NCBI RefSeq assembly: GCF_902713615.1 | Contig: NC_052161.1 | Span: forward strand, 132,702,678-132,766,677 | Source: Scyliorhinus canicula | Taxonomy: Eukaryota | Length of the DNA stretch: 64,000 bases | Direction: 5' to 3' | Shown here: positions 36,377 to 48,865 of the stretch, one piece after another | How the letters are laid out: every line of letters starts with the position of its first letter | How positions within the stretch are numbered: position 1 is the first letter of the stretch | The notes under the pieces: generated by a model | What the model was told of the DNA's origin: nothing | The model's database searches: none | What the model saw: only the letters and a program-made list of their open reading frames with translations | Position numbers and translations under genes: made by a program

Positions 36377-39106
36377 TCGTCTCGTAATTTTAAAAATTAC
36401 AAACTCCTTGTCCTCCCTGACCTTTGCGCACCGGCACTCCTAGGACTGGACTTCCAGTGCAACCTGCAGAGCTTGACCTTCCAATTCGGCGGCCCTATAC
36501 CCCCCTCACTGTCTGCAGCCTCGCGTCCCTCAAAGTGGACCCCCCCCCTCCTTGTTTGCTAATCTCACCCCCGATTGCAAACCCGTCGCGCCCCAGAGCA
36601 GACGGTACAGCGCCCAGGACCAGACCTTCATCAGGTCTGAGGTCCAGAGGTTGCTGAAGGAAGGGGTCATCGAGGCCAGCAACAGTCCCTGGCGAGCCCA
36701 AGCCCGGACTGGGGAGAAAGACCGGATGGTCATCGACTATAGCCAGACCATCAACCGGTTTACACAACTGGACGCATATCCTCTCCCCCGTATTTCCGCC
36801 ACGGTAAACGATATCGCGAAATACAAAGTCTTCTCCACTGTGGACCTCAAGTCCGCCTCTCACCAGCTCCCCATCCGCGCGAGTGACCGCAAGTACACTG
36901 CGTTCGAGGCTGATGGGCGCCTCTACCACTTCCTTAGGGTTCCATTCGGTGTCACAAATGGGGTCACAGTCTTCCAACGGGAGATGGACCGAATGGTCGA
37001 CAAGTACGGATTACGGGCTACCTTCCCGTACCTCGAAAATGTCACCATCTGCGGCCATGACCAGCAGGACCATGACATCAACCTCCGGAAATTTCTCCAA
37101 ACCGCAAAACGTCTTAACCTCACTTACAATAAGGATAAGTGCGTGTTTAGCACCGACCGTCTAGCCATCCTCGGCTACGTAGTGCGTAACGGAGTGATAT
37201 GAAATGAAAAATGAAAATCGCTTATTGTCACAAGTAGGCTTCAATGAAGTTACCGTGAAAAGCCCCTAGTCGCCACATTCCGGCGCCTGTCCGGGGAGGC
37301 TGGTACGGGAATCGAACCGTGCTGCTGGCCTGCTTGGTCTGCTTTAAAAGCCAGCGATTTAGCCGAGTGAGCTAAACCAGCCCCTAACCCCGGCCCCGAC
37401 CCTGAATGCATGCGCCCCCTGATGGAACTCCCTCTCCCCAATACCCTCAAATCCTTCAAACGCTGCCTGGGTTTCTTCGCTTACTACGCCCAATGGGTTC
37501 CCAATTATGCCGACAAGGCCCGTCCCCTCATTCAGACCACGACCTTCCCACCGTCGACAGAGGCCTTTATTCGCATCAAAGCGGACATCGCAAAGGCCAC
37601 AACGCACGCCATCGACGAGTCCTCCCCTTCCAGGTCGAGAGCGACGCATCAGAAGTAGCTCCGGCGGCCACCCTGATCCAAGCGGGCAGACCCGTGGCCT
37701 TCTTCTCCAGAACCCTCCAGGCTTCCGAACTCCGCCACTCCTCAGTGGAAAAGGAAGCCCAGGCCATAGTCGAAGCTGTGCGACATTGGAGGCACTATTT
37801 GGCCAGCAGGACGTTTACCCTCCTCACAGACCAACGGTCAGTAGCCTTCATGTTTGAAAATGCACAAAGGGGCAAGAATAAGAACGACAAGGTCTTACGG
37901 TGGCGGATCGAGTTGTCCACGTACAACTATGAGATCTTGTATCGTTCTGGGAAGCTCAATGAGCCTCCTGATGCCCTGTCCCGCGGTACCTGCGCCAGCG
38001 CGCAGATAGACCACCTCCGCTCCCTCCACGTGGACCTCTGCCATCCAGGGGTGACCCATTTCTACCATTTCATAAAGGCCTGCAACCTGCCTTCCTCCAT
38101 CGAGGAAGTCAGGACAGTAACCCGTGACTGCCACATCTGCGTCGACTGCAAACCGCACTTCTACCGCCCCGAGCGCGCACATCTGATCAAAGCATCCCGC
38201 CCCTTCGAACGTCTCAGCATTGACTTCAAGGGGCCCCTTCCCTCTAGCAACCGCAACATTTACTTCCTGCCGGTAATCGACAAATACTCCCACTTCCCCT
38301 TCGCCATTCCCTGCCCCGACATGACCACATCGACCGCCATTAAGGCCCTCCTCTCCATCTTCTCCCTGTTCGGCTACCCCGCGTACATACATAGCGATCG
38401 GGGGTCCTCATTTATGAGCGATGAGCTGCGTCAATTCCTGCTCAACAGGGGCATTGCCTCTAGCAGGATGACCAGCTATAACCCTCGGGGTAACGGACAG
38501 GTCGAGCGGGAGAATGGTACCATCTGGAAGACCATACTACTGGCCCTCCGGTCCAGAGATCTCCCTATTTCCCGATGGCAAGAGGTTATCCCCAATGCCC
38601 TACATTCTATCCGCTCACTCCTCTGTACGACAACAAATCAGACACCTCATGAACGTCTTCTTCTTTTCCCCAGGAGGTCGTCCTCCGGATCCCCTCTCCC
38701 GACGTGGCTGGCCGCCCCCGGACTCATCTTGCTCCGGAAGCATGTGCGGGTGCACAAGTCTGACCCGTTGGTGGAACAAGTCCAGTTACTCCACGCTAAC
38801 CCGCAGTATGTGTACGTGGAGTACCCCGACGGTCGGCAGGACACGGTCTCCCTCCGGGACCTGGCACCTGCCGGCGTGCGGCCTTCCCCCCCTTCACCAC
38901 AGACCCCCCCCTGTTTTTTTTCCCCCAGCGGCCCACCTAGGCCACCCCTTCCCCATCCATGGCGTCTCCACCACCAGCCCGGGCGACGGAGACAGTTCAA
39001 GGTCCATCGCTCCCGGACTCCAGGACATCAGCGGAACCACCACCATCGGCTGAACCAGCGTCACCAACTCCACTGCGGCGATCTGCCAGGACGTCACGGG
39101 CAATGA
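36377..39106 (+). pseudogene. Gypsy pol pseudogene: protease end - RT - RNase H - integrase
   Basis: LLGLDFQ; RT (DAYPLP, VDLKSA, VPFGVTN, YLENV in place of YxDD/YLDN); RNase H (ESDAS, EKEAQAIV, TDQRS); integrase (HHCC, SIDFKGP, HSDRG, NGQVERENG). Frameshifts and a SINE insertion. Confidence 0.9.
37200..37387 (-). mobile_element. Short tRNA-head SINE with Rex1-like tail inserted in the Gypsy RT
   Basis: Splits GVI|GPDP with no TSD. Near-identical copy on + at about 54365-54550, related copies at about 44520-44696 and 26990-27165. Confidence 0.85.
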
Positions 39107-39597
39107 AAAGGCTGATCGAGTCTATTTAATTTTCAACAACACCATGGACCTTGTATGGACAATATGTACTATTGTTAAATGTCTGGGCCAGTGGGAAGCC
39201 AAACCCTTTTTTCCCTTCTCTGGCTACTACTCATACCACCAGTTCTCCCCCCCCCCCCTCCCAGCTCTCATTGATCTCCCCCCCCCGGCTTCTTTCTCCG
39301 CAAGGGGTGAATGTGGTGGTATGATTAACATAGCTGCCTGCCATTGGTGCAGAACATCAGCTTACCATTTTCCCTGGTCGGCCATGTGCCTCTCGCCCGA
39401 TTGGTTGAGACCAGTCATGTGACGGCTCCCCGATTGGTCGAGAGGCTGAGTTAACCCCGCCTCCAGGGCGAGGTATAAATACCCAGTATGCCCGGCGGTC
39501 GTCCATTTACTGTAGTCGACCGCAGGGCTGACATCTAGCTTAATAAAGCCTAACTTTTGTACAGCAACTCGTCTCGCGTTCAATTGATGGTTCATCA

Positions 39598-40221
39598 GTT
39601 TGCAACTGACCTGGCGCCACATCTCTTTGGGGGCATTTAATGAAGCGTTGGAGAAGGGAGAGCTGCCGGAGACAATAACGCAGGCAACAATCATGTTAAA
39701 ACCAAAGAAGGAGATAGACGGTATGTATAGGAAGCGGAGAGAAGTGGGTCTGGTTAAGGTGAGGGATTTGTACCTGGAAGAGGAGTTTGCCAGAATAGAG
39801 GAACTGAAGGAGAGGGTGGAGCTCCCAAGAGGAAGTGAGTTTTGATAACTGCAGGTAAGGGACTTCACGCGGAAGATTTGGAAAGACTTCCCCAGGTTGC
39901 TGAGGTACACCCTGCCGGAATGACTGCTGCTTCCGGACGTGGAAGGGGAGGGCAGGATCGGAGACATATACGGGTGGCTGGGAGAGCAGGGAGGTGAGTG
40001 GGTGGTGATGATTAAGGAGAAGTGGGAGAGGGAGCTGGGATGGGAGATAAACTGGGGAGTGTGGAGTGAAGCGCTATAAAGGGTAAATGCGAGCTCCTCA
40101 TGCGCAAGGATGAGCCTGATACAGTTCAAGGTGGTACATAGGATGAATATGATTCGGGCAAGAATGAGTGGGTGCTTCCAGGAAGTGGCAGACGAGTGTG
40201 AAAAGTCTGGGTGGGGACCAG
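39598..40221 (+). mobile_element. Internally deleted L1/Tx1-type LINE ORF2 fragment inside the Gypsy element
   Basis: AFNEALEKGELPETITQATI fused to a C-terminal part ...KEKWERELG...LIQFKVVHR...C.. Confidence 0.8.
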
Positions 40222-41394
40222 CGACGGTCGGCAGGACACGGTCTCCCTCTGGGACCTGGCACCCGCCGGCATGCGGCCTTCCTCCCCCTTCACCACAGAC
40301 ACCCCTCTGTTTTGTTTCCCCCAGCGCCCCACCCAGGCCACCCCTTCCCCATCCACGGCGTCTCCATCACCAGCCCGGGCGACGGTGACAGTTCAAGGAC
40401 CATCGCTCCCGGACTCCAGGACATCAGCGGAACCACCACTATTGGCTGAACCGACGTCACCAACTTCACTGCGGCGATCTGCCAGGACGTCACGGGCAAT
40501 GAAAAGGCTGATCGAGTCTATTTAATTTTCAACAACACCATGGACCTTGTATGGACAATACGTACTGTTGTTAAATGTTTGGGCCAGTGGGAAGCCAAAC
40601 CCTTTTTTCCCTTCTCTGGCTACTACTCATACCACCAGTTCTCCCCTTCCTCCCCCAGCTCTTGTTGATACCACCCCCCCCCCCCCCCCCCCGGCTTCTT
40701 TCTCCGCAAGGGGTGAATGTGGTGGTATGATTAACATAGCTGCCTGCCATTGGTGCAGAACACCGGCTTACCATTAGCCCTGGTCGGTCATGTGCCTCTC
40801 GACCGATTGGTTGAGACCAGTCATGTGACGGCTCCCCGATTGGTCGAGAGGCTGAATTAACCCCGCCTCCAGGGCGAGGTATAAATACCCAGCACGCCCG
40901 GCGGTCGGCCATTTACTGTAGTCGACCGCAGGGCTAACATCTAGCTTATTAAAGCCTACTTTTGTACAGCAACTCGTCTCGCGTTCAATTGATGGTTCAT
41001 CACCCAAATCAGCATTTTCCAAGGAACCGCCCACAGCCCTCGGCAGAGCCTAGCAGCAGGCAATGCAGAGCGCGCTCAGGCTCTGATTGGTCGAGTACCC
41101 TGAGAGTGGGAAAGCACCGATCTGAAGTTGTTGAGGGGACTTGGAGGGGGACAGGCAGCGGTCAAGGCCACGGTCTCCCGTGCTTTTGCAAAACAAAAGC
41201 AGCAAGTTTCTCAATCTCAAACTTGGGCTGAGGACAGCAGGTCAGAGCCAGGCAGCCAGCAACGAGGAGAGGTCGTCGAGTGCGGCGAGGCGCGAGGTGT
41301 CAGTCACCGAGGGAAGAAGGGCCGACTCGACCCCCAGGCCGGGCTGAGGTCTCAGGCGGGCAAACCAGCAGCAAGGCCAGGTTGTCGAGGTGAA

Positions 41395-41620
41395 GGGCAG
41401 CACGGTGGCCTAGTGGTTAGCACAACCGCCTCACGGCGCTGAGGTCCCAGGTTCGATCCCGGCTCTGGGTCACTGTCCGTGTGGAGTTTGCACATTCTCC
41501 CCGTGTCTGCGTGGGTTTCGCCCCCACAACCCAAAAATGTGCAGAGTAGGTGGATTGGCCACGCTAAATTGCCCCTTAATTGGAAAAAATAATTGGGTAA
41601 TCTAAATTTATAAAAAAAAA
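41395..41620 (+). mobile_element. HE1/V-SINE with A-tail
   Basis: 13-bp direct repeat TTGTCGAGGTGAA at 41382-41394 and 41625-41637. Confidence 0.9.
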
Positions 41621-41714
41621 TAGATTGTCGAGGTGAAGTGTGAGCCGGGGCGAAACTGGAAAGGGGACAAATCGGGGAAGGGGAAAATCTACGATGGGGG
41701 CAAAACTGGGAGTG

Positions 41715-42028
41715 GGGCAGGGCACGGTAGCACAGTGGTTAGCACTGTTGCTTCGCAGCACCAGTGTTCCGGGTTCTATTCCCTGCTTGGGACACTGTTT
41801 GTGTTGAGTCGACACATTCTTCCCCGTGTCTGTGTGGGTTTCTTCCGGGTGATCCGGTTTCCTCCCACAAGTCCTGAAAGACGCGCTGTTAGGTGAATTG
41901 GACATTCTGAATTCTCCCTCTGTGCACCCGAATAGGCGCCGGAGTGTGGCAATGAGGGGATTTTCACAGTAATTTCATTGCAGTATTAATGTAAACCTAC
42001 TTGTGACAATAAAGATTATTATTATTAT
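41715..42028 (+). mobile_element. HE1/V-SINE head with Rex1-like tail
   Basis: ...CCTACTTGTGACAATAAAGA(TTA)n end. Confidence 0.8.
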
Positions 42029-42129
42029 AAAACTAGGAGTGAGGGGGCAAAACTGGGAGTGAGGTAAAATTGAGAGAAAGGACAAAAGCTGGGATAGGGA
42101 GCAAAGCAGGAGAGGGGGGGGGGGGGAAA

Positions 42130-42645
42130 CCGGAGGAGGAGGCAAAACTGGAGGAGAAGGCAAAGCTGGAGGAGAAGGCAAAGCTGGAGGAGGGGGCAAA
42201 GCTGGAGGAGGGCAAAGTTGGAGGAGGGGGAAAAACTGGAGGAGGGGCAAAGCTGGAGAAGGAGACAACTGGAGGAGGAGGCAAAACTGGAGGAGGGGGC
42301 AAAGCTGGAGGAGGGGGCAAAGCGGGAGGAGGGGGCAAAGCTGGAGGAGGGGGCAAAGCTGGAGAAGGGGCAAAGCTGGAGAAGGAGACAACTGGAGGAG
42401 GAGGCAAAACTGGAGGAGGGGGCAAAGCTGGAGGAGGGGGCAAAGCGGGAGGAGGGGGGCAAAGCTGGAGGAGGGGGCAAAGCTGGAGAAGGGGCAAAGG
42501 TGGAAGAGGAGGCAAAGCTGGAGGAGGGGCAAAGCTGGAGGAGGAGGCAACTGGAGGAGGAGGCAAAACTAGAGGAGGGGGCAAAGCTGGAGGAGGGGGC
42601 AAAGCTGGAGGAGGGGGCAAAGCGGGAGGAGGGGGCAAAGCTGGA
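42130..42645. repeat. About 18-bp G/A-rich minisatellite (GGAGGAGGGGGCAAAGCT)
   Basis: Tandem units with a recurring GGAGAAGGAGACAACT variant. Source of the AKLEEG and PPPAL pseudo-ORFs. Confidence 0.9.
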
Positions 42646-43301
42646 AAGCATGTTTTTACAAGTTAAAAAGCAGTTAAGCAGCGATCAATTTGTGTATTTG
42701 TGTGGATTGTTCCTTTGTGTTCTGTGAGGGTGGGCAGGATGTGATGTAATCGGTGGGAGAGACGCAACATCACTTGGATAGGAGGGGGGTCAGAAGCGAT
42801 GGTGGCGCGGGACCCCACAAAGTGTTAGTCCATCACTGGCTCTCGGCCTGACATGGAGGCAACTAATGACCTGGGGCCAGCATTTTCTTTGGGATTGTTC
42901 CTGCTCTGTGTTTCCTCCTTAAAGTTATGGAGGAACAGGAGCAGCTTGGAAAAATCCTAGTTTTGCACTCCTGATTTCCTCCCTTCTCTCTCTGGTAAAT
43001 TGCAACATGGTACACTGGACAACATACAAAATAGGAACATCTATGCCAGTGGTTTGGATAACGATGCCTGGGGGCCACTTGAAACCCAGCCTCTTCTATC
43101 TCTTTGGTCCTTGGCAGAGGTGCATCTCCATGCATTTCTAGACTATTAATCAAACCCGTCAGTTCTGGGAGGTTTCAGAACGAGAGAGAGGAACATATCG
43201 GTATTAGGGCGAAAAAGTAATAACTGCTGAAGCATAAAACTACACTAAATTAAAACTTTGAGCACTTATTCGCAAGAAAGTAATAAAACAATAAGAAATC
43301 A

Positions 43302-43426
43302 GGGTAGCACGGTGGCCTAGTGGTTAGCACAGCTGCCTCACGGCGCTGAGGTCCCCGGTTCGATCCCGGCTCTGGGTCACTGTCCGTGTGGAGTTTGCAC
43401 ATTCTCCCCGTGTCTGCGTGGGTTTC

Positions 43427-43458
<32 letters not shown>

Positions 43459-43550
43459 CCCAAAAATGTACAGAGTAGGTGGATTGGCCACTCTAAATTG
43501 GCCCTTAATTGGAAAAATTAATTGGGTAATCTAAATTTATTTAAAAAAAA
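43302..43550 (+). mobile_element. HE1/V-SINE with A-tail and an expanded internal poly-C
   Basis: Same tail type as 41395-41620, imperfect AAAACAATA.GAAAT flanking repeat. Confidence 0.85.
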
Positions 43551-43627
43551 CAATATGAAATTATGAATATTGCACTAGGATATTCACTGTGTAATAACTT
43601 ACAATGATACTCTACTTTTATACATAC

Positions 43628-43799
43628 AGGTCAGTTCCATTTGTGCCTGAAACGTAGAACATGGGCCTGCAATCTTTACAGTCATCCAGCTTCCGGGACT
43701 TCTTGGGTCTGGGGCTCACGTCTCCTCTCGTTTTGAGGTGGGAGATGCTGTTACGAGACCTTGCATTTTCCAATTTATGTTGTGAAGCGTCAGTTCCTG
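43628..43799 (-). CDS. TTLL10: TTLL10 exon ...GTDASQHKLENARSRNS...KDCRPMFYVSGTNGTD(L), start of the TTL domain
   Basis: PMFYVSGTNG resembles the start of the TTLL10 domain. gtatgt donor (CT+A=Leu with the next exon). Pyrimidine tract and tandem CAGCAG acceptor (43799/43796). Confidence 0.85.
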
Positions 43800-45699
43800 C
43801 TGCATGGGATGGGGGTAATTCAGAGGGAAGTGGGGCAAAGAACATTAGGAGAGGCTTACAGGAAGACAGGAAGCTTTCACAAACTTTCAAAAGCAATGGC
43901 GATACCCGCAGTTTCATCATTCTGTGCTCATTAGCGACCATTGCAGCCTCCATTGCTCCAGTTAGGGACAATCGCCAACAATTAAACTCGGCTCATGAAC
44001 GATGGAGATGGGATCTTGCAACCGCTAAGTGCACCTTGACAGGTCTGATTATTGCACGATATTAGAAGGTATTATAAAAATGTTGTGGAGTGTGTTCTGA
44101 ACTTTGTACATATAGGTGCCTCACAATAGAGTTTACATCACACCTCTGCTAAATCCCCCCTGAACCATCTCTGCTCTAAGGAAACAATCCCAGTTTCTTT
44201 CATCTCTTCATATTATTGAGGCTCCTCATCCATGGTACAATTCTAAGAAGTCTCCTCTGTGCCCTCTCCAAAGCCTTCGCATGCTTCCTGAAGTGTGATG
44301 CCCAGGAATTGGGTGCAACATCTACAGCTGAGGCTTTACCAGTGATTTATGTACGGGTCTTTCATGATGATTCCCTTATTTCCCCTTTCTTTACTTTTGC
44401 CGTAATCATTTTGATCCATGGATGCTTAATGACATCTTTAAATCAAGCAGGGGATATGAGGAATTCAAAAGTTGCAAAGGAGAACACTCGGCTAGCTTTA
44501 CACATCAAAAACTCAGACATAATAATAATAATCGCTTATTGTCGCAAGTAGGCGTCAATGAAATTGCTGTGAAAAGCCCCTAGTTGCCACATTCCAGCGC
44601 CTGTTCAGGGAGGCCGGTACGGGAATTGAACCCGCGCTGCTGGCCTTGTTCTGCATTACAGGCCAGCTGTTTAGCCCACTGTGCTAAAACAGCCCTTCAT
44701 TATGGACTTTGTGGCACCCGAGAGATGGAGTGGGACTTGGTTCGGCTGGCTGGCTGGTGGCCAATCAATTGGCCAAAAGGCCGTATTCTGCCCGGTAACA
44801 GGCGGCAATTGAATCCAGCCAGAGCGGGATGATTTCCAGAGACCTAAAGAAAGCAGAATCGGGTCCCTGCACATTTGGCGGAAAGGACCTGCTCTCTCTC
44901 TCTCGTGCTATCGCCAGGAAAGCTGCTGTATTACTGAAACTGAATGAATCCATAGCGCAAATCATTCCTGGAAAGGAGAAATCTTGACCTGAAAGCTTGG
45001 TCTGAAGGAAAGTGGGCTTTTGCAACAACCATCTGAAGCAAAGATCCTTATCTTTTGCTTTTCCTTATTATTTCAAGTGGAGAGTTTCCCATTACACTCC
45101 TGACTTGTGCCTTGTAGATTGGGGGGGGGGGGGGGGGGGGCAGGAGGTGAGTTACTCACTGAACAACAGTGATCTATGTGGGACCCAACTTTACACTGTT
45201 GCCCTCTCTGAATAGTGTCACTGCACCCTGGGCCAGTGCACGCGTCAATCCTAACCCCCATTGACCTTTTGTCACAGAATGAGCTTTTATCTTTAAATAC
45301 CCAAAGTCTTTAGCTGCTCAATAATTACAGTCACCAGGTTTACAAATTTAAATGCAATTAACTTTTTATTATTCACAGTAACTATATAAAAATAGGCAAC
45401 AAATACAACTACTTAACTACTATCTAATCTCTTACACCCCTAACCTCTGCTTTCTGTCTTGCAGCTAACTAGTTATCCATCTACTCTTTGTGCCCTGAAC
45501 TCACCATGCTCTGACCTTATTCAATAATTTTTTCAATCGAACTTCAAGTCCCAGGGTGGGTGGCACTGTGGTGATACAAGAGGCTTTGTGATGTAGGCAG
45601 CATGTGACATGAAAAAGACTTCACAAGAAGGATTGTCATCACATCAAAGTAGAGTGATAGGAGGACACCTTTATTTGCTAGTTGTAAGATTCCTGCCAT

Positions 45700-46262
45700 A
45701 AGACCATAAAACCGTAAGATATAAGAGCAGAACTAGGCTACTCAGCCCATTGAGTCCGCTCTGCCATTCAATCATGGCTGATATTTTTCTCATCCCCATT
45801 CTCCTGCCTTCTCCCCATAACCCCTGATCCCCTTATTAATCAAGAACCTATCTTTCTCTGTCTTAAGGATACTCTGATTTGGCCTCCACAGCCTTCTGCG
45901 GCAAAGAGTTCCACAGATTCACCACCCTCTGGCTGAAGAAATTCCTCCTCACCCCTGTATTAAAGGATCATCCCTTTAGTCTGAGATGGTGTCCTCTGGT
46001 TCTAGTTTTCCCAACAAGTGGAAACATCCACTCCACATCCACCCTATACAGGCCTCGCATATCCTCTAAGTTTCAATAAGATCCCCACTCATCCTTCTAA
46101 ACTGCAACGAGTACGGACCCAGAGTCTTTAACTGTTCCTCATACGACAAGCTCTTCATTCCAAGGATCAGTCTTGTGAACCACCTCTGCACCCTTTCCAA
46201 GGCCAGCACGTCCTTCCTTAGCTGCGGGGCCCAAAACTGCTCACAAGATTCCAAATGGGGTC
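45700..46262 (-). mobile_element. CR1-type LINE 3' portion
   Basis: RPHLESCEQFWAPQLRKDVLALERVQR...LSYEEQL...RRMSGDLIET. Confidence 0.85.
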
Positions 46263-47879
46263 TCCACAATCTCGCCAATAGTTCAGGAACAAAACTCAAT
46301 TCCAGAATCCTATGGGGTAGGAAGGTCGATTCCAGCCCTGTGATATTAATTGCATGTCCTTGGTTTCTGAAAGAAAACCCAGTCGTAGGTCCCACTCCAG
46401 ACTGCAATACAACGAGCTTTACGAGGGACTGAGTCCCTGTTGTGTGGAAGCCAGGTGACAGCAGGATCAGGGCGCAGTCTCCAGTCGGGGAGTTGCTGTC
46501 ACCCATTGTTGAAGATCACACCTGAATAATGGCTACCCGAGGAAGGTACTGGAGAGTGCAGCCATCGGGGGGATCATCGCCGTTGAATTGTCAACACTTT
46601 CAGGATGTGAGGGATTGGAAGAAATTTGGAAAGTTGAAGAAAGGCCCAATGTCCGCGCCTCCAAGTAGCGTGACCTCCTACACCTTTGAGATGGTTGAGT
46701 TCAATTAGGTCTGTCACTTAATAAAACAACATTCAAGGTGACATAAATGCCTAGTAATCCTTTTTATCCTGTCCAACAACACTGAGCCACACAAATAAAG
46801 CTGTTGGTCCCATTGACATGTGGCAGTAGTTAAAGGACATACACGGTGTGATTGACTAGTTTGTGCCATCAGTACAAATTTCATTGGTCAACATATTTCA
46901 AAAATTAACGCATGACGTATTGTAAATTTCACTCCAAAACTTAACAATCAGTGTTTTATGAGAGGGCACCGAGGATGAAAGCTTCCTAAATGCACAGGTT
47001 TGAAAAATAGTTGAAATATCTGTAAGAATGTAACAGTGCCTCGGGATCTTCATGATATTCACAAACCTCTCAAATCCTGTACTAGCACTTTATGATTCCC
47101 AACAAGACAAAGCAGTTTAAAAAAAGATTGATACTGAATAGCATCAACATATGCCTGTGTTCTTTATAAGGCCATAAGACATAGGAGCAGAATTTGGCCA
47201 CTTGGCCCATCGAGTGTGCTGCGTCATTCAATCATGGCTGATATTTTTCTCATCACCATTATGAGATTAAATATCTTACCTTGACAGACACAGACTCTCC
47301 TCACAACTGTCACTTGTCTCAATCAGTGTAATATGACATCATGGAAGGTATCTCAGACTATACAGCAATCTCCCCCCCATGCCCCTCACCCTCCCTTCCC
47401 CACCAAATAATAACCCGACCCACTCATTAAGAAACCAGAGATTCGGAATAACACTAGGCATCCATACTCTGTGCTGCGATTAGTGCAGGCTATGGTGGAA
47501 AAGCAACATTCCACCCCATCCTGTATGTTCTCAGATGGCTAGAATGCATATAGTGTAGAAGGTGGCCATTCGGCCCACCAGGTCTTCACCGACCCTCCGA
47601 AAGAACACCCTCACTCTGTAACCCCACCTAACCTGCACATCTTTGGATACTAAGGAGCAATTTACCATGGCCAATCCCCCTATGTTGAGTTAAAGCTGTC
47701 CCAATTTTGAGTATGATTCAACCAATATCAAAGAGAATGAATATTTGGTGTTTTCTAACTGTACTCCTGAGGAATCTTGGGCTGCAGGTTCTGCAGTTTG
47801 TGGATCACAGGCTGACATCACACAGAGATGCAGGATAGCGAGCACCACAGCAGCCCAGTGACAAGGGTTGAACACTAAC

Positions 47880-48012
47880 CTGTGGAATGGTCGAGTTTCT
47901 TGTTGGCGAGGGCCGCCGAGGTGTGTTGTGTACTGTTGAGGAAGTTGATTCTGAATTGTAGTAAATTGGAAAGGGAGTCTTCATCTTCCTTTGAAGCCAT
48001 ATCATCTTTAGC
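47880..48012 (-). CDS. Candidate TTLL10 5' exon AKDDMASKEDEDSLSNLLQFRINFLNSTQHTSAALANKKLDHST
   Basis: Open frame ending at CAG|gttagt in phase 1, compatible with the 43799 acceptor. Internal ATG in good Kozak context (gatATGG). The acceptor (gactag) is weak and I recognise no homology. Confidence 0.45.
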
Positions 48013-48247
48013 CTAGTCCCCATGATGCACTATGATGCCAGTGATGACCGCCATCAGTCACAAAGACCTTGCTTAAAATGGTTTTGCTGGGCCTGCTACC
48101 TTTGTAGCCACTGCACTGGTTATAAATCCCATGACCAAAGTATGCCGACTGTTACAACTTTTGAACATTTGTGCGTGTTGAGGGAGGAACTGGATGCTTA
48201 ATAAAAACTGAAAACAAACCGTTCCACTGACAAGTTCATTGTATCTG

Positions 48248-48474
48248 GGGCAGCACGGTGGCACAGTGGTTAGCATTGCTGCCTACGGCGCTGAGGACCT
48301 GGGTTCGAATCCCGGCCCTGGGTCACTGTCCGTGTGAAGATTGCACATTCTCCCCGTGTCTGCGTGGGTTTCACCCCCCCAACAGTCCAAAAGATGTGCA
48401 GGGTAGGTGGATTGGCCACGCTAAATTGCCCCTTAATTGAAAAAAATTATTGGGTACTCTAAAGTTTTTTTAAA
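48248..48474 (+). mobile_element. HE1/V-SINE with A-tail and 16-bp TSD
   Basis: AAGTTCATTGTATCTG at 48232-48247 and 48475-48490. Confidence 0.9.
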
Positions 48475-48865
48475 AAGTTCATTGTATCTGTGACACTTTC
48501 ACCGGCACATTCTGATCACATAATGCCTAATCACATCAGCATCTGGGAACCTTAAACCAGGATTCCTTTTTATATTCTTGGAGCCATATTAATCAATCAT
48601 ACCTCAGGGAGACGCAGAATCAAACTGTACAGTGCCAGTCTATCACGTCCTTGTCCCATCTTCCCTCTTAAAATAGATGCGACTCCTCTTTTGGATCACT
48701 ATTCATTATGCTGAATCACGCTCCCAATTTTGCTCTTTATGTTTACTGATCTGCCTTTTGCTATTTCGGCTGAGCTCTGCGTTTTTCTTTAAATATAAAT
48801 TTTTAAAAATCAATTTAGATTACCCAATTCATTTTTTCCAATTAAGGGGCAATTTAGCGTGGCCA

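Larger units (their letters stand above)
36305..41002 (+). mobile_element. Rearranged Gypsy/Ty3 LTR retrotransposon (partial 5' LTR, gag deleted, pol, two full LTRs)
   Basis: 5-bp TSD CCCAA at 36300-36304 and 41003-41007. LTRs at 36305-36376 (partial), 39312-39597 and 40718-41002. PPT GCAAGGGGTGAA precedes both full LTRs. Confidence 0.92.

Noticed and set aside
41975-42727. AKLEEG / PPPAL repeat ORFs
   Set aside because: Minisatellite open in several frames, with no splice or homology support.
46262-46745. Non-CR1 part of ORF 46066..46506
   Set aside because: Possibly a decayed retroelement fragment, but I recognise no motif with confidence.
47690-47811. Possible extra TTLL10 exon (ACDPQTAEPAAQDSS...)
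   Set aside because: It would need a 68-bp intron and has no convincing phase-1 donor to join exon 43799.
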